Positions 25,872 to 35,647 of a stretch of 64,000 bases of DNA are shown here, one piece after another. The notes under the pieces were generated by a model, which was not told the origin of the DNA, did no database searches, and was given only the letters and a program-made list of their open reading frames with translations. Made by a program: the position numbers and the translations under genes. Origin of the DNA: Eubacteriales bacterium (GTDB lineage: Bacteria > Bacillota > Clostridia > Lachnospirales > WRAX01); the NCBI GenBank assembly GCA_031550435.1, contig JAVBOO010000022.1, positions 5,418-69,417 of the forward strand, written 5' to 3'. Within the stretch, counting starts at the first letter, position 1. Every line of letters begins with the position of its first letter.

Positions 25872-26836
25872 TTTTTACGCACCTCCCCGAATACTCTGGG
25901 TCTTGTAAACCTGTCGATAAGCGGTACCGCTAAATTCATAAGAAGTATAGAGTACGAAACGCCCTCGGGATAGCTCTTGCTGTAGATCCTGATAAGCACG
26001 GTTATTATACCGCAGCCGATACCCATAATAATTTGGCCCTTAGAGGTAACGGGCGAAGTGGAATAGTCAGTCGCCATAAAGAACGCTCCCAGCATAATTC
26101 CGCCGAGCAAAAGCTCGTATTGCGGCATACCCGTGAAAAATCCGTCTCTGCCGAGTACCCAGGTCAAAAGGGCTGCAGTCGCGATATAAAAGAAAGGTAT
26201 GCGCCAGTTTATAACTTTTCTAAGCAGGAGGTAAACCCCGCCGAGTATCAGAGCCAGCGCACAGGTTTCTCCTATACAGCCTCCGACCTTCCCGAGCAGA
26301 GCATCAAGTATCATCTGCGTATCAACGGTTCCGTAGCCGTGCTTTATGAGTGCGAGCGGCGTTGCGGAACTGACTGCATCCGCCGTTAGAGGGAACACTG
26401 ACCAGTTTGTCATCTGAGCCGGGTATGATGCCAACAAGAAAGCTCTGGCAGCAAGAGCAGGGTTGATAAAGTTTTGCCCGATGCCGCCGAAAAGTTGTTT
26501 AACAATTATTATCGCAAACAAGCTTCCGACTATGGGCAGCCAAAACGGCGAAGACGCGGGCAGGTTCATTCCAAGCAGCAACCCTGTAACCGCGGCGGAA
26601 TAATCGTTTATCGTAACGCGCTGATGTCTCGCTTTTTGCCAAAAATATTCAAACAATACGGCGGAACCCGTCGAAAGCACAAGAATCGCAAGCGCTCTCA
26701 GACCGAAGTAAAAGCAGCCCATAATTGCCGCCGGAGCGAGCGCGAGCAAAACGTCGATCATGATTTCGCTTGTGCTCAGCTTTGCGCGTATATGCGGGGT
26801 GCCGGACACCATAAATCTTTGGGTATTCGCATCCAT
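25868..26836 (-). CDS. rnfD: Rnf complex subunit D
   Basis: SGTPHIR start region and a polytopic membrane protein. ATG 26836 has GGAGAA upstream and is preferred over 26923. Confidence 0.88.
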   Translation of the reverse strand: MDANTQRFMVSGTPHIRAKLSTSEIMIDVLLALAPAAIMGCFYFGLRALAILVLSTGSAVLFEYFWQKARHQRVTINDYSAAVTGLLLGMNLPASSPFWLPIVGSLFAIIIVKQLFGGIGQNFINPALAARAFLLASYPAQMTNWSVFPLTADAVSSATPLALIKHGYGTVDTQMILDALLGKVGGCIGETCALALILGGVYLLLRKVINWRIPFFYIATAALLTWVLGRDGFFTGMPQYELLLGGIMLGAFFMATDYSTSPVTSKGQIIMGIGCGIITVLIRIYSKSYPEGVSYSILLMNLAVPLIDRFTRPRVFGEVRKK

Positions 26837-26951
26837 AATTTTCTCCGTTCCGAGCGGAAGGATGAGTTGCCGCTCCGTGTTTATTTTTCGATAGTCTGAT
26901 AACCGGATGCGTCCAAAAAGCAATGTTTCTGCCGAACGCGGGATTCGCGGT

Positions 26952-28277
26952 TTATTTTTTCTTCGCAGCCATCAAATTACGTCTGGACGCCCTGATTGAC
27001 TGAGCAAGATGGCGCTTTGCCGGACAAACGTATGAACATGAACCGCACTCAATGCAATCTAGCCCTCTGTACTTCTCGAACAAATCCATCTCGCCCCTGA
27101 GAGCGTACTGGTTCAGTTCAAGAGGCATCAGGTTCATCGGGCAATGCCCCACGCATTTCCCGCAGCGTATGCAGTTTTGCTCCTGCGGCATCTGCGCTTC
27201 CTTTTCTGTCAAACAGATTATAGCCGACGATGTCTTGATGACCGGAACGTCTAAATCGAACATCGCAACTCCCATCATAGGCCCGCCGGATATCATCTTA
27301 TACGGTTCTTCCTTAAAACCGCCCGTCAGCTCGATAAGCTCTCTGTACGGCATCCCGAGCCTGACTTTAAAATTACCGGGGTGGTTTACCGCCCCGCCCG
27401 TAACCGTAACTATTTTACGCATCAGCGGCCGGCCCCTGACTATCGCCCTGTGTATCGCGATAACCGTGTCTACGTTATGAACTATACAGCCGATATCGGC
27501 AGGCAGTCCGCCCGAAGGAACTTCTCTGCGCGTACAGGAGTATATAAGCTGTTTTTCCGCTCCCTGAGGATATTTGGGCTTCAAAGCGTTAACCTTTATA
27601 TTCGGATAACCCTCGCATATCTTGCTGATTTTCTCAATCGCGTCCGGTTTATTCGTTTCTATACCGATTATTCCTTTTGCTCCCGGAAACAGCTTCAGTA
27701 TTATAGAGAGACCTGTAACAAGCTTATCCGACTCCTCAAGCAAAACCCTATAGTCCGTTGTCAGATACGGTTCGCATTCTGCCGCGTTGAGTATAACGGT
27801 ATCAATTCTCTTTTCCGGAGGAGGATTCAGCTTGATATGAGCGGGAAAACCGGCTCCGCCGAGGCCGACTATGCCGGCTTCTCTTATAAGAGCAAGAATT
27901 CTCTCCCTGTCGAAACTTTCCCAGTTCTTGTTATCCCCCATTGAATTTATTTCTTCGTAAACGCCGTCGTTCTCGATATAAATACCCGTGCAACTTATGC
28001 CGGTCGGCGTCAATGTGGGCTTAATCTCCTTAACAATTCCCGAAACGGAAGAATGAACCGGAGATGACATAAAAGCTTTGGAATCTCCAATTTTTTGCCC
28101 AAGCAGCACTCTTTCTCCGACAGCGACTATAGGCTCGCAAGGCGCACCTATATGCTGAAGCATCGGCGTTACCATAACAGTGCCCTGTCTGGGGTGTATA
28201 ATCTCGATAGGCTCATCCTTTGAATGCTCTTTCTCGTCATGAGGATGAATACCCTTCTTAAAAGTAAGGACTTCCAT
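26952..28277 (-). CDS. rnfC: Rnf complex subunit C
   Basis: GLGGAGFP, NAAECEPYLTTDY, CIRCGKCVGHCP and CIECGSCSYVCP. ATG 28277 has GGAGGT upstream. Confidence 0.9.
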   Translation of the reverse strand: MEVLTFKKGIHPHDEKEHSKDEPIEIIHPRQGTVMVTPMLQHIGAPCEPIVAVGERVLLGQKIGDSKAFMSSPVHSSVSGIVKEIKPTLTPTGISCTGIYIENDGVYEEINSMGDNKNWESFDRERILALIREAGIVGLGGAGFPAHIKLNPPPEKRIDTVILNAAECEPYLTTDYRVLLEESDKLVTGLSIILKLFPGAKGIIGIETNKPDAIEKISKICEGYPNIKVNALKPKYPQGAEKQLIYSCTRREVPSGGLPADIGCIVHNVDTVIAIHRAIVRGRPLMRKIVTVTGGAVNHPGNFKVRLGMPYRELIELTGGFKEEPYKMISGGPMMGVAMFDLDVPVIKTSSAIICLTEKEAQMPQEQNCIRCGKCVGHCPMNLMPLELNQYALRGEMDLFEKYRGLDCIECGSCSYVCPAKRHLAQSIRASRRNLMAAKKK

Positions 28278-28418
28278 TTTTACCTCCGAATCCGCGTAAA
28301 CATTTTTGCCAAAAAACATTTTCATGCACAACGTTTACATATTAATGCGTTTTATTCTAACCGCAAACTTCACAATTAACAAGAGAAATTTTCAACATTT
28401 CCATCGGTTTCCTTCCTC

Positions 28419-28448
28419 AATAAAACAGGGGAGCGTGTCAGCCCCCCC
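28419..28448 (-). terminator. Intrinsic terminator downstream of pck
   Basis: Minus strand reads GGGGGG-cugacacg-CUCCCC (one G-U pair) followed by UGUUUUAUU. Confidence 0.6.
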
Positions 28449-28553
28449 GTCAGTCCTACTCAAAATCGCCTCCCGTATATAAGGCCGCTTTGATGTCTGC
28501 ACTTTGAAAGTTTACGAAAGGTCAATCCTCTGTAAGCTTATTATCCGCTTTTA

Positions 28554-30317
28554 CTAACCGAGTATTCTTTTCTTCATCTGTTCAAGTTGCATTGTAAGCT
28601 TTTCGGGAACAGTTTCTCCGATAAATTTATAATATTCCTCGATTCTTGTTACTTCGCCCTTCCATGCTTCCCTGTCCACGGTTAAAAGGTAGTTAAGGTC
28701 TTCCTCGGAGATTCCTTCGAGCCCGTCCGTATCTATACCGCCTTGTATGGGAACATAGCCTACGGGCGTTTCCTTAGCCTGCGCTACTTTGCAGCAGCGG
28801 TCGATAATCCACATTAAAACGCGCATATTTTCCGAATAGCCCGGCCAGATAAATCTGCCTTCACTGTCTTTTCTAAACCAGTTGACATTAAATATCTTCG
28901 GAGCTTTATCACCGAGCCTCTCACCCATATTAAGCCAGTGTCCGAAGTAGTCTCCCATATCGTAGCCGCAAAACGGAAGCATAGCCATAGGGTCTGTTCT
29001 GATTTTAGCCTGATCGGAAGCCGCTGCAGTTGCTTCGGAAGCCATAACCGAACCGATAAACACGCCGTGCGGCCAGTCAAACGCCTCATATACAAGAGGA
29101 ACAGCCTCAGAACGGCGCCCTCCGAATATCATGGCAGAAATCGGAACACCATTAGCCGAATTAACTTCTGATGAAATGTTCGGGCAGTTTTCTATCGGAG
29201 CGGCAAACCTGGAATTCGGGTGAGCGCCTTTTGTGCCCATGCCCTTTGTCCATTTGTTGCCCTGCCAGTCAATCGCGTTTTCAGGCGGCTCGACTCCTTT
29301 GCCCTCCCACCAAACATCGTTGTTATCGACATCGTGCACGACATTGGTAAAAATAGTATTTCTTTTCATGGAAGCCATCGCGTTTTTGTTTGTTTTATCA
29401 CTGGTTCCGGGCACAACGCCAAAAAATCCGTTTTCGGGATTTATTGCCCAAAGCCTTCCGTCCTCTCCCGTTTTAAACCAGCTTATGTCGTCGCTGACGC
29501 ACCAAACCTTATAGCCCTTGTCAAGATACTGCTTGGGCGGCTCTATCATGGCGAAGTTTGTCTTTCCGCAGGCCGAAGGGAACGCCGCGGAAACATAGAT
29601 AATTTCCCCGTCCGGTTTTTGCACTCCGAGAGTCAGCATATGTTCGGCCATCCAGCCCTCGTTTTTGCCGAGGTAGGATGCTATGCGCAGGGCAAAACTC
29701 TTCTTGCCGAGCAGGGCGTTTCCTCCGTATTCCGAGTTGACAGACATAATCGTGTTGTCTTCCGGAAAATGACAGATATATCTCTTTTCGGGGTCGCAGC
29801 CGTCAACCGCGTGCCAGCAGCGCACAAAATCATTTGTCCCTCCGATACGCTCAAGCACCTTGTCCCCGACTCTCGTCATTATACACATGCTCAAAACAAC
29901 ATATACCGAATCTGTTATCTGTATGCCGCATTTCGAAGAATCCGAGGCATACGGCCCCATGATAAACGGTATAACATACATGGTTCTGCCCTTCATGCAG
30001 CCTCTGTATATGTCTTTTAGCATTATGTAAGCCTTATCTTTTTCCAGCCAGTTGTTTGTATTTCCGACTTCACGCTTCGTCCTTGTGCATATAAACGTAC
30101 GCTGTTCGACCCTCGCTACGTCTGTCGGATTCGATCTGTACAGATAAGAGTTTTCGTACATGTTTTCGTTAAGTTTGTGTATAATCCCCTCATCTTCCGC
30201 AAACTTTGTCAGTTCCGCCCGCTGCTTATCGCTTCCGTCGATAAATACGACTTTATCTGGCTGCAAGAGTTCCTTCGCCTCATGTAACCAACCATCGATA
30301 AACTTGTTTGTAACCAC
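28554..30317 (-). CDS. pck: Phosphoenolpyruvate carboxykinase (GTP)
   Basis: 587 aa. FPSACGKTNFAM kinase-1a motif and the overall GTP-PEPCK pattern. Confidence 0.9.
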   Translation of the reverse strand: MVTNKFIDGWLHEAKELLQPDKVVFIDGSDKQRAELTKFAEDEGIIHKLNENMYENSYLYRSNPTDVARVEQRTFICTRTKREVGNTNNWLEKDKAYIMLKDIYRGCMKGRTMYVIPFIMGPYASDSSKCGIQITDSVYVVLSMCIMTRVGDKVLERIGGTNDFVRCWHAVDGCDPEKRYICHFPEDNTIMSVNSEYGGNALLGKKSFALRIASYLGKNEGWMAEHMLTLGVQKPDGEIIYVSAAFPSACGKTNFAMIEPPKQYLDKGYKVWCVSDDISWFKTGEDGRLWAINPENGFFGVVPGTSDKTNKNAMASMKRNTIFTNVVHDVDNNDVWWEGKGVEPPENAIDWQGNKWTKGMGTKGAHPNSRFAAPIENCPNISSEVNSANGVPISAMIFGGRRSEAVPLVYEAFDWPHGVFIGSVMASEATAAASDQAKIRTDPMAMLPFCGYDMGDYFGHWLNMGERLGDKAPKIFNVNWFRKDSEGRFIWPGYSENMRVLMWIIDRCCKVAQAKETPVGYVPIQGGIDTDGLEGISEEDLNYLLTVDREAWKGEVTRIEEYYKFIGETVPEKLTMQLEQMKKRILG

Positions 30318-30372
30318 TTTGGTTCCCCCTTCTCATATACGCGTTTAACGCAATGACACGCCCTTCGCCTGG

Positions 30373-30399
30373 CAAAAAACAAAAGTCGGAATTTCCGAC
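30373..30399 (-). terminator. Intrinsic terminator between dagK-like and pck
   Basis: Minus strand reads GUCGGA-aau-UCCGAC followed by UUUUGUUUUUUG. Confidence 0.55.
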
Positions 30400-30532
30400 A
30401 AATCTCAGGTGATACTATTATTACTCACGCAATGCAAATCGGCCTGACAAGCAGACCGTAAGAGCAATACATTTATAAGAACAGCTTATAGCGCTTTATA
30501 TATAAAGTCAATACCGTAAAGCAAAAACATTG

Positions 30533-30700
30533 AAATAAGTGCTGCTTAAGTCGAACGGTTGTGCCCGCAAGGGACAACCGCAAGCGTTCCGCTCCGCACA
30601 AAGACCGCAAAGCGGGCGTTGCGGACAAGAACGCGCGGACTTAGGCAGCCGAGTAAATAAGTGCTGCTTAAGTCGAACGGTTGCGCCGCTCCGCACAAAT
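30533..30700 (+). repeat. Module F: one full copy plus a partial second copy
   Basis: AAATAAGTGCTGCTTAAGTCGAACGGTTG occurs at both 30533 and 30655. The full copy ends GGACTTAGGCAGCCGAG and contains a CCC-GCAA-GGG hairpin and the core TCCGCACAAAGACCGCAAAGCGGGCGTTGCGGA. Confidence 0.9.
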
Positions 30701-30702
30701 GC

Positions 30703-31605
30703 CTAAACAAACACTCTCAGTTTTCTGTGCAAAACCTTGATGCTCAACGGCATATCGGGGCCCTTCTCGCCGTCCGTGTCCGTTGTCAAATGTTTTTCAT
30801 CGTCGAACAGCGGAGTAATCTCAAAGTTTCTGCCACGGAGATACAAAATATTGCTGTCGTTGATATAGTTTTTAGGGTTTGCCAGAGTTTTTACCAAAAG
30901 TACGGCCAAATCTGTCAAAGGGCAGGCTCTTATACCTATAAACTCAAATATACCGTCAAAAACCGACGCCTCGTTTGACAGCTCCCTAAAACCTCCCGTT
31001 CCCGCTGAGTTTAACACCAGGAAATTGTAAAGTTCGTCCTCAACCTCAGTTCCGTCGGTATTGATTTTAAAGCTTAACGGTGTCAGGTTTGTCAGCTCGC
31101 TCAGGCCCTTTATATAGTACGCAAGCTTCCCGATACCGTTTTTAAGGCTCAAATCCACGGACTGAGATACAGACGACATCGCTCCGCCCGCGCAGACGTT
31201 TATGAAATATTTCCCGTTAACGCAGCCTATGTCTGTCTCCGTAATGCTGCCTTGGGTCAGGCATCTCGCCGCTTCGTCATAGTGCTTGGATATTCCGAGA
31301 AATCTTGTGAAATCGTTTGCGGTTCCGCTCGGAATAAGACAAAGGGGAAAATTCTTGCCGCTCTCAAACATCGCGTTAACCGCTAGATTAATCGTTCCGT
31401 CTCCCCCGCACACACACAACGCATCGCAGTCTTTTTCGTTAAGCGACGATATAAAAGCCGCCGCATCCGAAGAACTCATAAGCCTTCTGGGGCGAACGTC
31501 ATAACCGCCCAGATGAAAGACCTCGAATATCTTGTCTAAGTAAGACGGAAGGCTTTTGTCTCCCGAAAACGGGTTGTATATCATGGCAACGGTTTTATCG
31601 GTCAT
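30703..31605 (-). CDS. Diacylglycerol/lipid kinase family protein (YegS/DagK-like)
   Basis: MIYNPFSGD, CVCGGDGTINLAVNAM, PSGTANDF. Confidence 0.85.
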   Translation of the reverse strand: MTDKTVAMIYNPFSGDKSLPSYLDKIFEVFHLGGYDVRPRRLMSSSDAAAFISSLNEKDCDALCVCGGDGTINLAVNAMFESGKNFPLCLIPSGTANDFTRFLGISKHYDEAARCLTQGSITETDIGCVNGKYFINVCAGGAMSSVSQSVDLSLKNGIGKLAYYIKGLSELTNLTPLSFKINTDGTEVEDELYNFLVLNSAGTGGFRELSNEASVFDGIFEFIGIRACPLTDLAVLLVKTLANPKNYINDSNILYLRGRNFEITPLFDDEKHLTTDTDGEKGPDMPLSIKVLHRKLRVFV

Positions 31606-31611
31606 GATCGA

Positions 31612-32259
31612 TCAGCTCCATATAAGCATAAACATCATAATTATGTGAAACACGGTGCCTATCATTACAAATATATGAAAAAGTTCATGAAACCCGAAAT
31701 ATTTCAGATTAAATTTCGGTCGTTTAACGGCATATATCAGTGCACCGACCGTATAGAAAACTCCGCCGAGTATCAGCATGCACATACAAGGCCCCGGAAG
31801 CGCCTTCGCAAGCGGATAAAACGCCACAACAACCGCCCAACCCATTACTACGTATATCCCGGACGTCAAAATTCGGGGCGCGCTCATCCAAAAAGCTTTC
31901 ATGAGAATACCGCCTGCGGCAAACGTCCAAATAACGGCCAAAAGCGTATAGCCCCAAGGGCCTCTGAGCGTTATAAGGCACACGGGAGTATATGTTCCCG
32001 CTATGAGAACGAATATCATCATATGGTCAATTTTACGCAGGACAATCTGAGATTTTTTCGTCTTTGCACCGGGTATGGCATGGTATACCGCGCTTGCCGT
32101 GTACAGAAAAAAAAGTGACGAGCCGAAAATCGCGAGGGAAACTATGTGCCACGCTGTACCGTAAATAGCGGCAAGGCAGATTAATACCGCCGCAGTCGGC
32201 AGTGCTAGTACGGAAAATGAAAAATGCGTTAGAAAACTTACAGGATCCTTTATCTTCAT
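31612..32259 (-). CDS. Hemolysin III / PAQR family membrane protein
   Basis: 215 aa with seven TM helices. HAIPG, IDHMMIF and FHIFVMIGTVFH motifs. Confidence 0.85.
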   Translation of the reverse strand: MKIKDPVSFLTHFSFSVLALPTAAVLICLAAIYGTAWHIVSLAIFGSSLFFLYTASAVYHAIPGAKTKKSQIVLRKIDHMMIFVLIAGTYTPVCLITLRGPWGYTLLAVIWTFAAGGILMKAFWMSAPRILTSGIYVVMGWAVVVAFYPLAKALPGPCMCMLILGGVFYTVGALIYAVKRPKFNLKYFGFHELFHIFVMIGTVFHIIMMFMLIWS

Positions 32260-32329
32260 GCTGTCCCCTTTGTCAAATACGGGCGCTTAGCTGCTTTCCC
32301 GTTTTTTTAAGCACCGCAGTGCCGCCCGT

Positions 32330-33247
32330 TCATTTTTTCCGAAGCTTCGCCAAAATCTCTGAAAAATATTCCGGAATCGGCGCTTCAAACTCCATATACT
32401 GTCCGCTTGCAGGATGAACAAAACCCAGTACCGCCGCGTGCAGCATCTGCCCCTGCGTTATAAACGGCTGTTTGCTTCTGCCGTAGACCTCATCCCCGAC
32501 AAGCGGATGGCCTATATGCGCCATATGAACTCTTATTTGATGCGTTCTGCCTGTCTTGAGTCTTGCCTCGGCATAGGTATAAGTTCTAAAACGCTCCGTA
32601 ACTTTTACGGTCGTAAACGCGTTTTTCCCTCCCGATGTAACTACTGCCATTTTTTTTCTGTCGCTCTTGCTTCTGCCTATCGGAAGGTCAACCGTGAGCT
32701 CATCCCTGTTTATTACTCCGAAGCAAAGCGCCTTGTATACTCTGGTCATACTGTGCTCCGCAAGACAGCGGGACAGTGCCGCATGGGCAAAATCGGACTT
32801 TGCCGCCACCAAAACTCCCGATGTGTCTTTGTCGATTCTGTGCACTATTCCCGGGCGCAGTACTCCGTTTATGCCGGAGAGCCCTTCTCCGCAATGATAC
32901 AGAAGAGCGTTTACCAAAGTTCCGCTGTAATGCCCTGCGGCCGGATGCACAACCATGCCCTTGGGCTTGTCTATTACTATCAGATCTTTATCTTCATACA
33001 GTACCGCAAGAGCTATGTTCTCCGGTAAAATTTCCGTCTCTTCGGGTTCGCTGATATTTACTGTAATAAAATCGTTTTTCCTTATTTTATAGCTGGGTTT
33101 CACGGGCTTCAGGTTCACAAGGAGCTCGCGGTCTTCAATCAGCTTTTGAAGGCGGCTGCGGGACAAGCCGTCCGTTTCCTCGGATACAAACAAGTCAACC
33201 CGCTTTCCCTCATCCTCTTCGCAGGCCGTTAGGCATATTTGCTCCAT
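32330..33247 (-). CDS. rluD: RluA-family 23S rRNA pseudouridine synthase (RluD-like)
   Basis: N-terminal S4-like domain, HRIDKDTSGVLV catalytic motif, GRTHQIRVH. Confidence 0.88.
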   Translation of the reverse strand: MEQICLTACEEDEGKRVDLFVSEETDGLSRSRLQKLIEDRELLVNLKPVKPSYKIRKNDFITVNISEPEETEILPENIALAVLYEDKDLIVIDKPKGMVVHPAAGHYSGTLVNALLYHCGEGLSGINGVLRPGIVHRIDKDTSGVLVAAKSDFAHAALSRCLAEHSMTRVYKALCFGVINRDELTVDLPIGRSKSDRKKMAVVTSGGKNAFTTVKVTERFRTYTYAEARLKTGRTHQIRVHMAHIGHPLVGDEVYGRSKQPFITQGQMLHAAVLGFVHPASGQYMEFEAPIPEYFSEILAKLRKK

Positions 33248-33248
33248 A

Positions 33249-33836
33249 CTATTCCTCTTTTGCGTTTTTCAACGGATATTCGGGGATATCGGCTTCTTCC
33301 GTCAGTTCCTTTGTTACCTGTTCTATTATGTGTTTAGACATTTTCGGAGTCATTACAATGGATTTGACCGTTTCCAGCGGAGTTCTGTCAAAGAAAAGCA
33401 CGATTACCGAGAACAAACAAGTTCCGGCTACAACGCAGATATCCGCAACATTAAATACCGGGAAGTTTATGGGCATGAAGTACAGAAAATCGACTACTTT
33501 CCCAAAAAACAAACGGTCGAAAAAGTTGCCGAGCGCGCCGGCAAAAACGAGCACAAGCGCAAGCTTGATTATATTAGAGTTTTTCCCTTTGAAAAAGTAA
33601 ATCACTATGATAACGCACACCACAACCGTAAACGGTACAAACAACCATCTCGAACCGGGCAGCAGCCCAAACGCCGCTCCTTCGTTTTCAACAAAGACAA
33701 GCTGGAAAACGCCTTTTATAAGCGTATGGGAATAAACAGGCTTAAGGTATAAAACCGCAAGATATTTTGTAATCCTGTCGGCAGCTATGAGAAATACAGT
33801 AAGAAACATCCAAAATGCCATCAAAGTAATCACCAC
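33249..33836 (-). CDS. lspA: Lipoprotein signal peptidase II
   Basis: VENEGAAFGL, GALGNFFDR, FPVFNVADI, plus a ~45-aa C-terminal tail. Confidence 0.88.
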   Translation of the reverse strand: MVITLMAFWMFLTVFLIAADRITKYLAVLYLKPVYSHTLIKGVFQLVFVENEGAAFGLLPGSRWLFVPFTVVVCVIIVIYFFKGKNSNIIKLALVLVFAGALGNFFDRLFFGKVVDFLYFMPINFPVFNVADICVVAGTCLFSVIVLFFDRTPLETVKSIVMTPKMSKHIIEQVTKELTEEADIPEYPLKNAKEE

Positions 33837-34107
33837 TCGGTCAATATAAATTATAAACGATACCGCACCTTATCAGTCTGCGGTATGAAGTATTCCATAA
33901 TACAGGCGCAAAACACGCGCCTTCACAGTGTTTAAGCAAAACCGGCCGGAAGCGATGCCTCCGCCTACATAATTATCTCATTTTCGGCTTAAATGTCAAC
34001 TGTTGATTTGCGTATATTACGACGAAATCCGTGTTTAAAAAACAGACTGGTCACGACAGCGGCAAACCGGTATAATTATGTTAAATTCTACAAAGGCGGA
34101 TAAATAA

Positions 34108-35586
34108 ATGTCGTTAATAGATATATCAAACTTAACGTTCTCTTATGAGGGCAGTTACGATAATATATTCCAAAATGTCAACCTACAGCTGGATACAGAG
34201 TGGAGACTTGGGCTTGTCGGCCGAAACGGCCGAGGCAAAACAACTTTTTTAAATCTGCTGCGCAACGAATTTTCTTATAGCGGCAGCATCAGCTCAAGCG
34301 TAGAATTTGAATATTTTCCCTATAATGTTCCCGACAGCTCGATAAACACGGTTGATGTTGTTTATTCGATTTGCCCCGATTGTATGGAGTGGGAAATCAT
34401 AAAAGAAATAGCTCTGCTAAATGTTGCCGAAGACGTGCTGTACCGCCCGTTTTCAACCCTGTCCGGTGGCGAACGTTCAAAGGTGCTGCTTGCTGCTCTT
34501 TTCATTCATTCGAAGTATTTTCTTCTTATAGATGAGCCGACAAACCATCTTGACCTTGACGCAAAAAAAGAGGTTGCCCGCTATCTTAAGAAGAAACACG
34601 GATTTATTCTGGTTTCACACGACAGAAGCTTGCTGGATGAATGTGTTGACCACATTCTCTCTATCAACCGGTCAAACATAGATATCCAAAAAGGAAATTT
34701 TTCTTCATGGCAGCTTAACAAGCAACGGCAGGACAGTTTCGAAGCGGCCGAAAACAAGAAGCTGCACGGAGAAATCCAGCGTCTGTCGGCGGCAGCAAAG
34801 AAAACCGAAATTTGGGCTTCAAAAACGGAAAGGGGCAAATTCGGAACGGATAATTCCGGATCGAAAGTTGACAGGGGATATGTCGGGCATAAGTCCGCCA
34901 AAATGATGAAACGCACAAAAAGCATCGAGAGCAGGCAGCAGGCAGCGATTACGGAAAAAATGACACTGCTTCGGAATATCGATGAGTACGATGATCTAAA
35001 ACTAAGCCCTCTTTTATATCACAAAGATATCTTGGTGCACGCCGAGAATCTCACGCTTTTGTTCGGAGACAGGACCCTTCTCTGCGGTATAGACTTTACT
35101 GTGCGCAGGGGAGACAGAATCGCTATTTCCGGCGCTAACGGCTGCGGAAAATCCTGCATTTTAAAATTAATAAAGGGCGAACAACTAAACTACAGCGGCA
35201 AACTGTCCGTCGGAAGCGGGCTGAAAATTTCCTATGTTCCTCAGGACGCTTCCACGCTTGAGGGAAGCCTGGAGGATTATGCCGAGAGTTATCAAATCGA
35301 CGGTATACTGTTTCGAACAATACTCTTCAAAATGGGCTTTGACAGAGTCCAGTTTGAAAAGGACATGTCCGCGTTCAGTTCGGGACAAAAGAAAAAGGCC
35401 ATGATCGCGAGAAGCTTATGCGAACAGGCGCACTTATATATTTGGGACGAGCCGCTGAATTATATTGACATATTTTCCCGAATTCAAATAGAAAATTTGA
35501 TAGTTAAACACGAACCGACATTACTGTTTGTCGAACACGACTCTGTTTTCCGCGACAATACCGCCACGAAAACGATCGAACTGTAA
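34108..35586 (+). CDS. ABC-F ATPase of the Lsa-like antibiotic-resistance (ribosome protection) type
   Basis: 492 aa with two NBDs and no TM helices. Collinear by eye with E. faecalis Lsa: LGLVGRNGRGKTT vs LGLIGRNGRGKTT, RPFSTLSGGE, IDEPTNHLDL, GFILVSHDR, YIWDEPLNYLD-type blocks. Confidence 0.8.
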   Translation: MSLIDISNLTFSYEGSYDNIFQNVNLQLDTEWRLGLVGRNGRGKTTFLNLLRNEFSYSGSISSSVEFEYFPYNVPDSSINTVDVVYSICPDCMEWEIIKEIALLNVAEDVLYRPFSTLSGGERSKVLLAALFIHSKYFLLIDEPTNHLDLDAKKEVARYLKKKHGFILVSHDRSLLDECVDHILSINRSNIDIQKGNFSSWQLNKQRQDSFEAAENKKLHGEIQRLSAAAKKTEIWASKTERGKFGTDNSGSKVDRGYVGHKSAKMMKRTKSIESRQQAAITEKMTLLRNIDEYDDLKLSPLLYHKDILVHAENLTLLFGDRTLLCGIDFTVRRGDRIAISGANGCGKSCILKLIKGEQLNYSGKLSVGSGLKISYVPQDASTLEGSLEDYAESYQIDGILFRTILFKMGFDRVQFEKDMSAFSSGQKKKAMIARSLCEQAHLYIWDEPLNYIDIFSRIQIENLIVKHEPTLLFVEHDSVFRDNTATKTIEL

Positions 35587-35647
35587 CGGGAGCACCCTGC
35601 GTCGGCATACTTTTAATTTGAATAGCGGAAAAATTTGAAGCCTGCCG

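Noticed and set aside
29220-30020. 266-aa plus-strand ORF antisense to pck. Similar long antisense ORFs occur elsewhere, for example 51177-51677 opposite tadA, 24716-25249 opposite rnfE and 52025-52606 opposite mnmE.
   Set aside because: Each is fully nested antisense to a gene with unambiguous family motifs, and each has a biased low-complexity composition.
30317-30533. Riboswitch or T-box in the long leaders of pck (30317-30533), the nifS-thiI operon (60647-60754) and the ABC pair 2 upstream region (10739-10987)
   Set aside because: I could not recognise any conserved riboswitch or T-box core (no specifier/T-box sequence, no known aptamer motifs). The only clear structure in the pck leader is a terminator-like hairpin at 30373-30399.
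33840-34107. Leader-peptide attenuator upstream of the Lsa-like ABC-F gene
   Set aside because: The best promoter leaves only a ~30-nt leader. The hairpins at about 33861-33887 and 33905-33921 are not followed by T-runs, and no short RBS-preceded ORF is present.
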